From Candidatus Spongiisociaceae bacterium (lineage in GTDB: Bacteria > Actinomycetota > Acidimicrobiia > Spongiisociales > Spongiisociaceae), in contig CBDCOH010000002.1 in NCBI GenBank assembly GCA_965219685.1, positions 1,568,001 to 1,632,000 of the forward strand: a stretch of 64,000 bases of DNA, in the 5' to 3' direction. This document shows positions 38,447 through 48,804 of the stretch, piece after piece (position 1 is the first letter of the stretch; the number at the start of each line of letters is the position of its first letter). The position numbers and the translations under genes are program-made. The notes under the pieces are model-generated. The model was not told the origin of the DNA. It saw only the letters and a list, made by a program, of their open reading frames with translations, and searched no databases.

Positions 38447-39042
38447 GGCTGGTAGGCGAGGCTCTACGCGCCGGCCTCCAGCCCTGCTCCTACTCGCTCC
38501 TCATCCTGGCCGTGGTGGTGCTCGGCATCCGCGCCCCGCGCCGGCGGCTACCGGCGTTCGGGGTGTACTTCGCGGCCACCGCCCTTTTCGCATGGATTCC
38601 CTTCGTCGGCGTGAATCCGCTGCTGGACGGCCGGTTCGCCGGAACCGCCGGGCTGCTGGCCGGCCTCATCCTGGCCGGATGGCACACGTATGGGAGGACG
38701 GCGCCGGGTTGGCTCGGGATGGCGGGGGTGGCCCTGGTGGGCGCCTTCGCCGGCGCGACCTGGCTCCCCTGTGTCGGTCGCGAACTCGGGACGGTCCTGA
38801 CCGCCGCTACCAGAGACCCCTGGCCGGGCCTGGCCGGCCTCGCCCCTTACCTGCTGGGTGCGATGTGGATCGCACTGGTGGCGGCCATCGTCGCCGACTT
38901 CGCTCCCCCGGTCCGCAGGGCACTCGAAACGGCGGCGGCGATCAACACCTTCCGGGTGCTGGGCGGGCTTCTGGTCCTGGCAGTCGCGGCCGATCTCTAC
39001 CCCCTGCTACTGAGCAGCCTGGCGCGCCTCTCCTCTCTCTGA
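38443..39042 (+). CDS. CcdA/DsbD-like membrane thiol-redox partner
   Basis: Hydrophobic, with two PC motifs (LQPCS, WLPCVG). GTGA overlap with the redoxin gene. Confidence 0.65.
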   Translation: MRLVGEALRAGLQPCSYSLLILAVVVLGIRAPRRRLPAFGVYFAATALFAWIPFVGVNPLLDGRFAGTAGLLAGLILAGWHTYGRTAPGWLGMAGVALVGAFAGATWLPCVGRELGTVLTAATRDPWPGLAGLAPYLLGAMWIALVAAIVADFAPPVRRALETAAAINTFRVLGGLLVLAVAADLYPLLLSSLARLSSL

Positions 39043-39155
39043 CCACCCAGTCGGACCGACCGATACCCGTTTCTGGTCGCCGGACCCGCCGGTAGACTTC
39101 AGCAGGCGGTGGGAACCGCGCGAGACACCTCTCCCCCGGCGGAGCGAGACGCAGC

Positions 39156-39548
39156 ATGGACGTGACCATCACCGCCAACACGCTCGCACGTTACGTACCC
39201 ACGCTCCGGCAGTCAGACGACGAGTTCCGCCTGCGCATCGTGCTCCACGACTTCGGCATGGTCTTCCAGCACGCGGACAGCCGGGAGCGAACGTTCCTGG
39301 TCGCAGAGGAACCGGAACTGTTCGACCCCCACTGGGACGCGTTCCTCGCCGCCTATGTCGAGTATCTGTGTCACCATGCAGGCATCCCGACACCCGCTTG
39401 GGTGTTCACCTCCGAACGTCACCTTCCGCGCTTCTGGTACGCAGGCGGCCGGTTCCCGCGGGAGCGGGCTGCCACGATTCTGACAACGCCCGCAACCTTC
39501 GAGGTCCATGGGATCTGGTTTCCCGAGCGTGAACTCGAGGTGGTCTGA
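39156..39548 (+). CDS. Hypothetical protein, probable partner/antitoxin of the adjacent nucleotidyltransferase
   Basis: WDAFLAAYVEYLC...PAW...FWY pattern; directly abuts the NTase gene. Confidence 0.65.
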   Translation: MDVTITANTLARYVPTLRQSDDEFRLRIVLHDFGMVFQHADSRERTFLVAEEPELFDPHWDAFLAAYVEYLCHHAGIPTPAWVFTSERHLPRFWYAGGRFPRERAATILTTPATFEVHGIWFPERELEVV

Positions 39549-40082
39549 TTGGACCTGCTGACCGGTGCCGAGATCCGTGAAGCCCTGGGCGAACTCGCCC
39601 AACAGCTATCCGCCCGGCGAGCGCATGGACGCGTCTACATTGCGGGAGGGGCCGCGATGGCCCTCGCCTACGACAGCGAGAAGCTGACGCGCGACATCGA
39701 CCCGGCGATCGTCGAGGGTCATGGCGTCGTCATCCAGGCCGTGCAGGCCATCGCCAGCGCCCGGCAATGGCCCAGCACCTGGCTGAACGAACAGGCAACC
39801 CCTTACATGCCGACCATCCCGGACCGGCGCGGCCGCGTGCTGTTCGACCATCCGGCGCTGAAGGTGGTGGTCGCCTCCCGGGAACACATGCTGGCCATGA
39901 AGGTGAGGGCGGCGCGGTCATCCGACATCTCCGACACTCGACGCCTCCTCCGGCAGACAGGTCTAGCCGCAGTCGACGAGGTGGAGACCCTCGTCGCGTC
40001 GGTCTTTCCGGGAGAAGCCCTCGGCGAGCGGCCGAGGAGGTGGATCGAAGACATCTTGGCTGGGGTATCGACCGAACCCTAG
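39549..40082 (+). CDS. DUF6036/AbiEii-like nucleotidyltransferase
   Basis: IAGGAAMAL...TRDID, WLN, LAMKVRAAR..D..D. TTG start immediately after the upstream stop. Confidence 0.8.
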   Translation: MDLLTGAEIREALGELAQQLSARRAHGRVYIAGGAAMALAYDSEKLTRDIDPAIVEGHGVVIQAVQAIASARQWPSTWLNEQATPYMPTIPDRRGRVLFDHPALKVVVASREHMLAMKVRAARSSDISDTRRLLRQTGLAAVDEVETLVASVFPGEALGERPRRWIEDILAGVSTEP

Positions 40083-40143
40083 AGGAGCGTTGCCCCGGGC
40101 AGCGCCGCAGCGAGGGCCCGTGGTCGGAGCTTGTCCCGGCGGG

Positions 40144-40899
40144 TCACCGAGCAAGCGTGATATCGAGGGCAGCCTCGAAGACTGCTTCGTTCGCTCGGTC
40201 CAGGGCGGCCAGTTCGTCGGGGCTCAAGGGGTCGAGAAAGCTCCGGTCGGCGTCGAGTTGATCCCACACCGCCAGGAGGGCGGTGGCGTCGAACCCGAAG
40301 TGGCGGGCGACCGCGTAGAGGGTTGCGGCCTCCATGTCGACCGATCCGTAGCCGAGGCCCCGCCACTCCTCCACCATCGCCCCGCTCTGAGCGAAGATCG
40401 AACTCCAGGTCAGATGGAGGGAGTCCGCCGCCCTGACACCCCTGGCCTCCAGGTTGATTTTTCCGAGTTCGGTGAGGGTGGGGTCGGCGCCGACCGTGTC
40501 GCCGACTCCGTACAGATGGGCCACTCCCTCCCGGGCGACCGCGGTGGCGGGCACGACCACGTCTCCGGTGGCGAGTCCCGGGTCGATGGCGCCGCAGGTC
40601 CCGATCATGACCATCCGTGGGGTTCCGAGCACCCCGAACAGGTGCGCCAATTCCACCGCTCTCGGCGCCCCGTAGACGCACGAGTAGACGACGGGCAACC
40701 CCTGCCACCGCCCGTGGAACATGTCGGGGAACGGCAGTTCCCTCACGTCGTCCAGCAGGCCCAGCCTCCAGGCCGTGCGTTCCTCGCGCCACCACGAGCC
40801 CTCCATGATCACCGCGCGGGGGATGTCCGGCCGGTCCATCCCGAGCGCCGCCAACCAGTCCTCGGGGCCGAGGTCCATCACGGCCTTGCGGGCGCTCAC
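40144..40899 (-). CDS. Nucleoside phosphorylase (PNP/UDP family)-like protein
   Basis: YGAP, IGTCGAI...GDVVVPATAVAREG, VDMEAA. GTGA overlap. Confidence 0.8.
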   Translation of the reverse strand: MSARKAVMDLGPEDWLAALGMDRPDIPRAVIMEGSWWREERTAWRLGLLDDVRELPFPDMFHGRWQGLPVVYSCVYGAPRAVELAHLFGVLGTPRMVMIGTCGAIDPGLATGDVVVPATAVAREGVAHLYGVGDTVGADPTLTELGKINLEARGVRAADSLHLTWSSIFAQSGAMVEEWRGLGYGSVDMEAATLYAVARHFGFDATALLAVWDQLDADRSFLDPLSPDELAALDRANEAVFEAALDITLAR

Positions 40900-42110
40900 G
40901 TGTAGCCCCTGCCGGCCGGCTGGCCGCGGCGACCACGGGCGAACCATCCGTAGGTCCAGAGCGCGCCTGCCATGACGCACGCGGCCAGGAACACGAAGAC
41001 CAGATCCCACTGTTCCCGACCCACCAGCCGACCGAGCACCGGCGACCCGGCGCCGCCTCCCAGGTTGAATGCCAGGGCGAAGATGCCGCTGGCCAGCGCC
41101 ACCCGCCCGGGCGCGGTAATGCGCGGGTAGATGCCGAGGACCAGCGATGAGGATGCACCCACCAGCGCGGTGGCAGTGGCGATGGTCGCGAACCCGGTCG
41201 CCAGATCCGGCGCACGGCTGACCGTGAACAGCATGACCGCGGTCACCGTTAGCATGATCCCCCCGCGCAGGCTTGCCGAGGCGGCGTCGAGTTTGCGGAA
41301 CATCCGACCGACCAGGATGGTCGCCACGATGGAACAGGCCGGAAGGGCCGCGGCCAGGAGCCCGGAACGACCCACCGAGACCGAGTGGACCTCGACGAAG
41401 TAGGCCGGTGTCCAGACGATAAGGGCGACGTAGGCGACACCGATGGCGGCGGAAGGTGGAAGCAACCCGACAACCCCGGAAATCGAACCCGCCGGAGGCC
41501 CACCGGGCTTGGCGGAGGGAACCGGGTCGCGGACCCCGATCCACCAGACGACGCCGACCGGAAGAAGGACCGCAGCCGCGGCGAAGAACACCGCTTCCAC
41601 CCCGCTCCGCTCGACGATGAACCCACCGACCGCGAAGGTGAGGGCGGTGCCGGCCACGAAGCAGGAGCCGAACGACGCTATCACCCGTCCTGCCCGTCTC
41701 CCGCGCACCCACCGGCCCAGCCCGCCGGCCAGGGGTGTCCACCCCATGGCCTGGAAGACACCGTTGGCGGACCAGACGACCAGGGCGATGGCGAAATGGT
41801 GGGAGAAGAGGATGAACAGCACGTTCATGATCCCACTGCCCACCAGGCCCAGGCCCACCAGCAGGCGCGCGCCGTACCGGTCAGCCAGCCGACCGACCGG
41901 CAACGCGGACAGGGAGTAGACCCAGAAGAAGCCGGCTGCCAGAGCGCCGATCTCGGTGGCCTCCAAGCCGACCTCCTCGCCCAGGCGCGGAACGGCCACC
42001 GAGAAGTTGATCCTACCCAGCTTGTAGATCGCGTAGACGGACCATGCCGACGCTATCAGCGCCCAACGCGTCTCTGATTCAGAGCCGGTCGGTCGGGACG
42101 TGGCCCTCAA
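40896..42110 (-). CDS. MFS transporter (organophosphate/anion antiporter-like)
   Basis: RINFSVA, GRLADRYGAR, NGVFQAMGW, about 12 hydrophobic segments. TTGA overlap. Confidence 0.88.
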   Translation of the reverse strand: MRATSRPTGSESETRWALIASAWSVYAIYKLGRINFSVAVPRLGEEVGLEATEIGALAAGFFWVYSLSALPVGRLADRYGARLLVGLGLVGSGIMNVLFILFSHHFAIALVVWSANGVFQAMGWTPLAGGLGRWVRGRRAGRVIASFGSCFVAGTALTFAVGGFIVERSGVEAVFFAAAAVLLPVGVVWWIGVRDPVPSAKPGGPPAGSISGVVGLLPPSAAIGVAYVALIVWTPAYFVEVHSVSVGRSGLLAAALPACSIVATILVGRMFRKLDAASASLRGGIMLTVTAVMLFTVSRAPDLATGFATIATATALVGASSSLVLGIYPRITAPGRVALASGIFALAFNLGGGAGSPVLGRLVGREQWDLVFVFLAACVMAGALWTYGWFARGRRGQPAGRGYT

Positions 42111-43174
42111 CCGCCGTCCTGGCCGCCGGTGGACGACGGCGCCACGACCCAGATCTTGTCCGGATCGAACCGCACCGAAACCTCGTCCCCGTCGCTGAAC
42201 TCCCTCACCCGGCCCGGATCGGTTATGGCTTCGATCTCGGTGTCCCCGATGGCGACCCGGAAACGGGCATAGCGTCCGACGTAGACATGGGAACGGACCG
42301 TCCCCCGGACGCTGTTCTCCCCCTCGGAACCCAGGTCCAGCGCCTCCGGACGGATGCTGAGCACCGCGTCGCCGCGAGCCACCGAGGAGCGCGGCGCCCG
42401 GAACCTGCCGACCGCGGTGGTGATCGCACCCTCGGCGTACTCGCCGGGGATGAAGTTGGTACCCCCGAAGAATTTGGCGATCTCGGTGGTCCTGGGAGTC
42501 TCGAAGAACGCGTCCGGAACGTCGAACTGCTGGAGGCGGCCGTCGAACAGAAGGGCGATCCTGTCGGCTAGGACCACCGCCTCCTCCTGGTCGTGGGTGA
42601 CGAACACGGTGGTGATGCCCATCTCGGTCTGGATGCGGCGGATCAGCTCGCGCATCTCGTCCCGCAGGTGAGCGTCGAGGTTGCTGAGCGGCTCGTCGAG
42701 CAGCAGCACATTGGGCTGCACGATCAGGGCGCGGGCCAGCGCGATCCGTTGCTGCTGCCCACCGGAGAGCTGGCGGGGCTTGCGCTCCTCGAAACCCGGC
42801 AACTGGACGAGGTCCAGCATGTCGCGCACCCGGGACTTGATCTCCTGGCGGTCCACCTTTCGCATCTTGAGACCGAAGCCGATGTTCTCGGCGATGGTCA
42901 TGTAGGGGAAGAGGAGATAGTTCTGGAAGACCATCACCGCTCCCCGGTCCTCGGGAGGGATGCTGAGGATCGAGCGACCGCTGAAGCTGATGTCGCCCGA
43001 GGTGGGCCGGAGCAGGCCCGCGATCATCTTCATGGTGGTGGTCTTGCCGCATCCGGACGGCCCGAGGAGAGCGGTGAGCTTGCCGGACTCGATCTCCAGA
43101 TCCAGCCGGTCGACCGCCGGAGGGGACTTCTCGTCGAACCGCTTGGTCAGCGCGCTGAGGGTTACCTGGGTCAT
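42107..43174 (-). CDS. ABC ATP-binding protein (PotA/YnjD type)
   Basis: [34 protein letters not shown]-like C-terminus. Confidence 0.95.
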   Translation of the reverse strand: MTQVTLSALTKRFDEKSPPAVDRLDLEIESGKLTALLGPSGCGKTTTMKMIAGLLRPTSGDISFSGRSILSIPPEDRGAVMVFQNYLLFPYMTIAENIGFGLKMRKVDRQEIKSRVRDMLDLVQLPGFEERKPRQLSGGQQQRIALARALIVQPNVLLLDEPLSNLDAHLRDEMRELIRRIQTEMGITTVFVTHDQEEAVVLADRIALLFDGRLQQFDVPDAFFETPRTTEIAKFFGGTNFIPGEYAEGAITTAVGRFRAPRSSVARGDAVLSIRPEALDLGSEGENSVRGTVRSHVYVGRYARFRVAIGDTEIEAITDPGRVREFSDGDEVSVRFDPDKIWVVAPSSTGGQDGG

Positions 43175-44049
43175 ATGTTTCCAATACCTCCTACGGCGGC
43201 GTTGTCTCCGGACAGGTAGCGGGAACTCAGTAGCAGGACGATCACCGCCGGCAGGATGAAGACCACGCTCAGCGCTCCGGCTATAGCCGGGTCCGAGCGA
43301 ACGAATCCGAACAGCAGTAGCGGCAGGGTCTGTACCTGCCCTCCCCCGATGAGCAGCGTCAGCACGTACTGGCTCCACGAGATTATGAACGCGAACAGGG
43401 CTCCCACCACCACGCCCGGGAAAATGGCCGGCAACGTGATGTGCAACTGGGTGGCCCACCGGCTCGCCCCCAGAGAGCGCGCCTGCAATTCGAAGTCGGT
43501 GTCGTAGTTGGCGAACACCCCGGACATCACCAGCGTCATGTAGGGGAGGGTGGGCACCAGGTGCACCAGGATGACACCGGGGATGCTGTTGGACAGTCCG
43601 GCTCTGATGAACAGCACGTGGATGCCAAGCACGACGGCCAGTCCCGGGACGATTATCGGGGCCAGGATCATCCACTCCACCAGCCGCTTGCCCCGGAACT
43701 CGTACAGGCCCAAGGCTCGGCCGGCCGGGACCCCTAGCAGGATGGACAGCACCGTCACCACCAGCGCGATGAGGGCGGTGTTCCACGCCACGCCGAGCAC
43801 GTCATTGTGAGGCGTGATCACCTCGGTCCAGGCACGGGCGCTGTACTCGGTGGGGAGGATGGCCGGATAGAACCACCGGAAACTGATCGACCAGATGAAC
43901 AGGGGAACTATGGGCGCGATCAGGAAGGCCAGCAAGCCGGTGATTCCCACCCACCGGCCGGTTATCCGCCAGCTGAAGCGGCGCTCCGAGGCTTCCGGTG
44001 CGACGGCACCTGCCGCGGCGCCGGGCGGCTCGATCCGAATGTCCGCCAT
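43171..44049 (-). CDS. ABC permease
   Basis: Hydrophobic; ELQARSLGA EAA loop; TLP. Confidence 0.92.
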   Translation of the reverse strand: MADIRIEPPGAAAGAVAPEASERRFSWRITGRWVGITGLLAFLIAPIVPLFIWSISFRWFYPAILPTEYSARAWTEVITPHNDVLGVAWNTALIALVVTVLSILLGVPAGRALGLYEFRGKRLVEWMILAPIIVPGLAVVLGIHVLFIRAGLSNSIPGVILVHLVPTLPYMTLVMSGVFANYDTDFELQARSLGASRWATQLHITLPAIFPGVVVGALFAFIISWSQYVLTLLIGGGQVQTLPLLLFGFVRSDPAIAGALSVVFILPAVIVLLLSSRYLSGDNAAVGGIGNI

Positions 44050-44054
44050 CAGCC

Positions 44055-44975
44055 CTAACTCCGCACGTACCGGCGAGACACCTTCATGTACGCCAGGATC
44101 ATCAGGCTGCTCATCACCGCGATGACCATCGCCATCGCCATGGCCTGCGGCCGGGCGGCCAGATCGACATCGGTGTAGCTCTCGAAGGCCAGTACCGGCA
44201 GGGCCTTGGGGAAGGTGGCGCCGAGCAACCACGGGATCTCGAAGGCGCCGAACGTGAAGGCGAAGACGATGACCGAGGCGGACACCACCCCGGGCATGAT
44301 CAACGGCAGGGTCACGTTGCGGAAGGCCTGCCATCGGTTGGCGCCCAGCGAACGGGCCACCGACTCGTAGTCCTCCCCCACCGACAGGAGGATCGCCAGG
44401 ACGATCACCCCGATGAACGGGATCTCCTTCCACACGTACTGGATGATGATGCCGATCGCCCAGGGATCGTTGACCATGGCCGGGAAACCCTGCGGGCTGT
44501 CTATCAGGCCGGCCCCCGTGGCCAGGCGGGAGACGAGGCCGCTACCAGAGAACAGGTAGAGAACGCCCACCGCCCCCACCAGGTGGGGAATGGTGAGGTT
44601 GAGGGAGAAGATGAACTGGACGAAGCGCTTCCCCCGGAAGGCGGGCCGGAGGAGCATCGCCGAAGCCACCGCCAGGATGCTGGCGATGAGCGTGGATGTG
44701 AAGGCGATGTGGAAGGTGAGGACGAAGCTCCGGATGAACCCGTTGTCGGTGAAGATGGTGGTGTAGGCCTCGAAGTTGAAGTCGTTCAGTCCGATCAGAG
44801 GGAAATAACCCAGGCTACGCAGGAAGCCGGTGATCAGGCCCCCCATGAACAGGAGAAGGATCACCAGGATGGCGGGCGTCAGGAGCAGCGCGATGGTGAG
44901 GCGCTGCGCGGCCTTCTCCGACAGGCTCGCACGCCTCAGCCGAGGTGTCTTAGACACCGGCTTCGGCCATTTCAT
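44055..44975 (-). CDS. ABC permease (YnjC-like)
   Basis: WKEIPF, ESVARSLGA, FGAFEIPWLLG. Confidence 0.92.
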   Translation of the reverse strand: MKWPKPVSKTPRLRRASLSEKAAQRLTIALLLTPAILVILLLFMGGLITGFLRSLGYFPLIGLNDFNFEAYTTIFTDNGFIRSFVLTFHIAFTSTLIASILAVASAMLLRPAFRGKRFVQFIFSLNLTIPHLVGAVGVLYLFSGSGLVSRLATGAGLIDSPQGFPAMVNDPWAIGIIIQYVWKEIPFIGVIVLAILLSVGEDYESVARSLGANRWQAFRNVTLPLIMPGVVSASVIVFAFTFGAFEIPWLLGATFPKALPVLAFESYTDVDLAARPQAMAMAMVIAVMSSLMILAYMKVSRRYVRS

Positions 44976-45031
44976 GCTCCATGATGCACGGGGCGCTTCC
45001 TCGCTCCACGTCAGGGACGGTTAGTAATTGA

Positions 45032-45093
45032 GGTTCGGGCGGGACGGGGGGCCGGCGAGGCGTTACCAACCGCCGACCCCCAGTCTCCGAACC
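45032..45093 (-). terminator. Long imperfect stem-loop after the SBP gene
   Basis: GGTTCGG...GGGGG CCGGCG / CGCCGA CCCCC...CCGAACC. Confidence 0.5.
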
Positions 45094-45098
45094 GCTCG

Positions 45099-46562
45099 TT
45101 ATTGCTGGGCTACGTTCGCGTTCCAGCCTTCCTCGATGGCCGGTACCCAGTCGCCGAGGAGTTCACCCAGCGAGCTGATCTGTCCCGGATCGACCACCGA
45201 CGGGTGTCGGGGCACGTCGGCGAAGTGCGACTGCGCCGCCGAGTTCAGCACGTTGATCTGACCCCAGACGTCGGGATAGGCCTTCTCCAGCTGACCGTCA
45301 ATGCTCAGCAACAGGTCCGCCACCACCAACGCCGCCGCCTTGTTGGGCGAGTTGTAGGGGATGGTCACGAAGTTGGTGTTACCGATCTGGCCGCTGTCCA
45401 AGCCGTACGTACGGGTCGACTCGGGGAACAGGCCGCTGTCGACCTTGGAACCGGCCGACGCCGGTCCGTAGGCCAGGAAGTGGCTGACTTCCTGGTTGGC
45501 GTACAGCTGCTCGAGGGCAGGCTGGTCCACCGGGTAGGTCTCTCCACCGCGCCACAGGCAGGGCTCGACCGCGTTGAGGGTCGCCCATGTGGCAGGCGCC
45601 ACCTGGTCGTAGAGCGCCTGGTCGAACGGGATCCCGATCATGTCGGCGTGCCCACCGGGCAGGATCTTGTCTGCCTCGTTGTAGAACACGTGCCGCACGA
45701 ACACGCTGCCGGTGAAGTCCGGCGGCGCCGGGTACGTGAACGTTCCCGGGTTATCGCAGGCATAGGCCAGCAAGGCGTCCATGTCGGCCGGCGGATTGGG
45801 CAGCAAGGCGCTGTTGTAGAACACCGCCGACTGGGCCTGGTTCCACGGAACCTCGCACTCGTCCACCGGGGTCCCGAAGTCGAAGGCGATTGGTCCTGCT
45901 TGCTGGTCCACGTTGGCCATGCTGGGCATGATGTCCCAGTAGCCGCAGAACAGCAGACCGGCGTTCTTCATCGTCTTGAAGTTCTCGCCGTTGATCCAGA
46001 TCAGGTCCACGGAACCGCTGGCGAACTCACCGGCCTCGGTCTCGCTGATCACAGTGTCCACCGCGTTGACGGTGTCGGTGATGCGCACCTGGTTCAGGTC
46101 GATGCCGTAGCGTGCGGCGGCCTGCTCCTTGACCCAACCGTTGATGTAGGCGTTGATGACCGCGCTACCGCCCCACATGAACCAGTTGAGCCGCGTGCCT
46201 TCGGCCTCGGCCACGATCTCGTCCCACGACATGCCGGCCAACCGGGAGTCACCCAGGTCCAGAAGACCAGGTCCGGAGGGTCCCATCGGCTCGGCCTCGA
46301 CCGGAACCTCGACCTCGACCGTCTCGGTGACGACCACTTCCTCGGTCACGATGACTTCGACTTCCTCGGTCACGATGGAGGTAACCACGACCTCCTCGGT
46401 CACGACCACTTCCTCGGTGACAACCTCGGTCTCGGTCACGATCGAGGTCACCACAATCGTCTCCGGAGCGGCTTCCTCGGTACCACACGCCGCCGCTACC
46501 AGTGCCATCACGGATATAAGAACGGCTAGGCGCGGGAGTGTCTTGCGTAGTGTTGACTTCAT
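45099..46562 (-). CDS. ABC substrate-binding lipoprotein, YnjB-like
   Basis: AAAC lipobox; WFMWGGS..IN, DLIWINGENF, PGTFTYPAPPDFTG, IGNTNFVTIPYNS. Confidence 0.9.
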   Translation of the reverse strand: MKSTLRKTLPRLAVLISVMALVAAACGTEEAAPETIVVTSIVTETEVVTEEVVVTEEVVVTSIVTEEVEVIVTEEVVVTETVEVEVPVEAEPMGPSGPGLLDLGDSRLAGMSWDEIVAEAEGTRLNWFMWGGSAVINAYINGWVKEQAAARYGIDLNQVRITDTVNAVDTVISETEAGEFASGSVDLIWINGENFKTMKNAGLLFCGYWDIMPSMANVDQQAGPIAFDFGTPVDECEVPWNQAQSAVFYNSALLPNPPADMDALLAYACDNPGTFTYPAPPDFTGSVFVRHVFYNEADKILPGGHADMIGIPFDQALYDQVAPATWATLNAVEPCLWRGGETYPVDQPALEQLYANQEVSHFLAYGPASAGSKVDSGLFPESTRTYGLDSGQIGNTNFVTIPYNSPNKAAALVVADLLLSIDGQLEKAYPDVWGQINVLNSAAQSHFADVPRHPSVVDPGQISSLGELLGDWVPAIEEGWNANVAQQ

Positions 46563-46729
46563 TTAGGGGTATCCCTCCTTGTCTGGTTCCTGCTCCGGCT
46601 GTGTTGCCCTTCTGAGTTCTCGGGGGTAGTCGTCGGCTCGCACGGATCCGGCTGGACCGCCCTCGTTCCTCTGTGGATTGCGCTCGGCCGGTGTGTCGGC
46701 GGCACGTATCGAATTGTCGCCGTCCGGCC

Positions 46730-47739
46730 TCAGACCGGCCTCGCGTCGCCTTCCTCCGGTATCCGGCCCAGAATGCGATAGAGGCGTCGCTCCGCGGCCC
46801 GCAACTCGTGGCCCATGTTCAGGTCTCTCACCCGTTCGAACTCGGGGAAACCGGCCTGCTGCTCGGCAGCCCACTCCCGGGCGAAGGAACCGTCCTGAAT
46901 GTGGGAGACGATGCCTCGCAGCCTCGCCCTCTCAGCCTCCTCGTCCTCCGGAGACAGACGGGCGGTTACTTCCTGCCCGTACTGGCTGGTCCGTGAATGT
47001 AGCGTTATCTGGTCCCAAAGGCCAATGTCACGGTATGCCTTGGCGGTTTCGATACCCTCGCCCGACGCGTAGAACTCGAGCATGGCCACCTCCGGGCTGC
47101 ACCCGGCCTCGACCAGCACCTCGCAGTAGCGCCGCACCGCGTACAGATACCCGACCTGCTCGGCGAACAGGTCGACCGTTGCCTCCTCGAGAAACTCGAT
47201 TCGATCACGCCCATGGTGGTCGAACCGATACCCTTGCAGAGAGCCAGGGTGCGTTGGCGGGCGAGGCCGGAGGCGTCCTGGTGAACGGCGATCAGGCTCG
47301 GGAAGCCCTCGCCACTGATGAAGGTCTCGCGCACTCCAGACCCGATCATGCGGGGTGCGATCAACACGACATCAACGTCGGCGGGAGGCGTTATCAGGTC
47401 GAAGGCGATGTTGTAGCCGCTGGCGAACACCAGCATGTCGTCGCGGCGCAGACCGGGTGCGATGTCCCGCTCGAAGACGTCCGGCATCACCTCGTCGGGT
47501 ACGAGGAAGAACACAACCTGCGCCTTCCCCACCGTCTCGGCGACCGGGAACACGTCGAAGCCGTCCGCCAAGGCTGTCTCGTAGGAGCGGTCGCGGCGGC
47601 TGCCCACGATGACGCCCACCCCGCTGTCCCGCAGGTTCAGAGCCTGGGACCGACCCTGGTTGCCGTAGCCGACGATACAGACCTCCCGGGCGTCGAGATG
47701 ACGGAGGTCGGCGTCGCCGTCGAAATACATCCGGGCCAT
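46730..47739 (-). pseudogene. Ketol-acid reductoisomerase (IlvC)-like gene split by a single frameshift
   Basis: GYGNQGRSQALNLRDSG ... GVIESSF, then EEATVDLFAEQ...EFYASGE...HSRTSQYG...IQDGSFAREW in another frame. One base is missing near 47190-47194; could be an assembly error. Confidence 0.85.
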
Positions 47740-48791
47740 CAGCCGGATCCCCCGCTGTCTGCGCCGGCCCGGATCATCACTTTGACGGCCCCCGTGTTGG
47801 CGTCCAGCGAGGCCTCCATCGCCTCCGCGGCCCGCTCGAGCGGGAAACGGTGGGTTATGAGGAGTTCCCCGTCGATCTGCCCCGACGCCAGCAGGTCGAT
47901 GGCCTCGGGAAAGGCGTCCCGGCCGAGGTACACCGGAACCACCGTGGCTTCCTTCGACTGGGAGAGCATCAGGTTGAACGGGATCCGCTCCGCGATGTTG
48001 ACCCCCACCGCCACCACCGTTCCACCGGGCCGGACGAGACGCATAGCGGTCTCGAGAGTTCCGGGAGTCCCCACCGCCTCGAATGAGATGTCGGCTCCCA
48101 GCGGATCGGTCAAGCCCAGTATTTCGGTGTGATCCAGCCCGCCCACGTTTATGGCGGCCGTCGCTCCCAACCGCGTGGCAAGGTCAAGACGGCCCTGGTT
48201 GAGATCGGTGCAGTAGACGGCGCCGGCGCCGTAGGCCCGGGCCACCGCCAGCGTCAGCAGACCGATCGGCCCGGCGCCGACGATCATCACCGTGTCGCCC
48301 ACCCGGAGGCCGCTGCGACGCACCGCGTGCACCGCGATGGAGGTGGGCTCGACCAGAGCCCCGAGGGAGAACGGCATGCCCGGCGGAAGCCGGTGCGCTC
48401 CGCGGGCGGGCACCGCCACCAGCTGCTGCAGCGCCCCGTCGGTGTGGGGCGACCCGGTGAAGCGGATGTTCGGACACACGTTGTAGATCCCGCGCCTGCA
48501 CGCGTCGCAGTCGCCGCACGGGATGATCGGCTCGACGGCGATACGGTCACCCACCTCGACGTTCTCGACGTTCAAACCGACGGCAACCACGACGCCCGCG
48601 AACTCGTGGCCCAGCACGTGCGGCCGGAGGATGCGCCAGTCGCCGATCCGTCCGTCCTTGTAGTAGTGCAGGTCGGAACCGCAGACCCCCACCAGCCGGG
48701 GCGCCACCAGGACCTGGTCCGGTCCCGGTGCGGGCTCCGGACGCTCCTCGATCTCGAGTCCCCCCTCGGGAAGTAGAACCGCTGCCTTCAT
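47739..48791 (-). CDS. Zn-dependent polyol (sorbitol/iditol-like) dehydrogenase
   Basis: GVCGSDLHYY, LGHEFAG, CGDCDAC...C, GAGPIG. Confidence 0.93.
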   Translation of the reverse strand: MKAAVLLPEGGLEIEERPEPAPGPDQVLVAPRLVGVCGSDLHYYKDGRIGDWRILRPHVLGHEFAGVVVAVGLNVENVEVGDRIAVEPIIPCGDCDACRRGIYNVCPNIRFTGSPHTDGALQQLVAVPARGAHRLPPGMPFSLGALVEPTSIAVHAVRRSGLRVGDTVMIVGAGPIGLLTLAVARAYGAGAVYCTDLNQGRLDLATRLGATAAINVGGLDHTEILGLTDPLGADISFEAVGTPGTLETAMRLVRPGGTVVAVGVNIAERIPFNLMLSQSKEATVVPVYLGRDAFPEAIDLLASGQIDGELLITHRFPLERAAEAMEASLDANTGAVKVMIRAGADSGGSG

Positions 48792-48804
48792 ATCGATCGT
48801 TCTC

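Noticed and set aside
40896-43184. 762-aa ORF as an MFS fusion; similar long N-terminal extensions on ORFs 801, 26648, 40144 and 42107
   Set aside because: The extensions are off-frame overlaps with upstream genes; the real starts are at stop/start overlaps
46563-46729. Riboswitch upstream of the YnjB-like ABC operon
   Set aside because: No TPP, cobalamin, FMN or SAM consensus recognisable by eye
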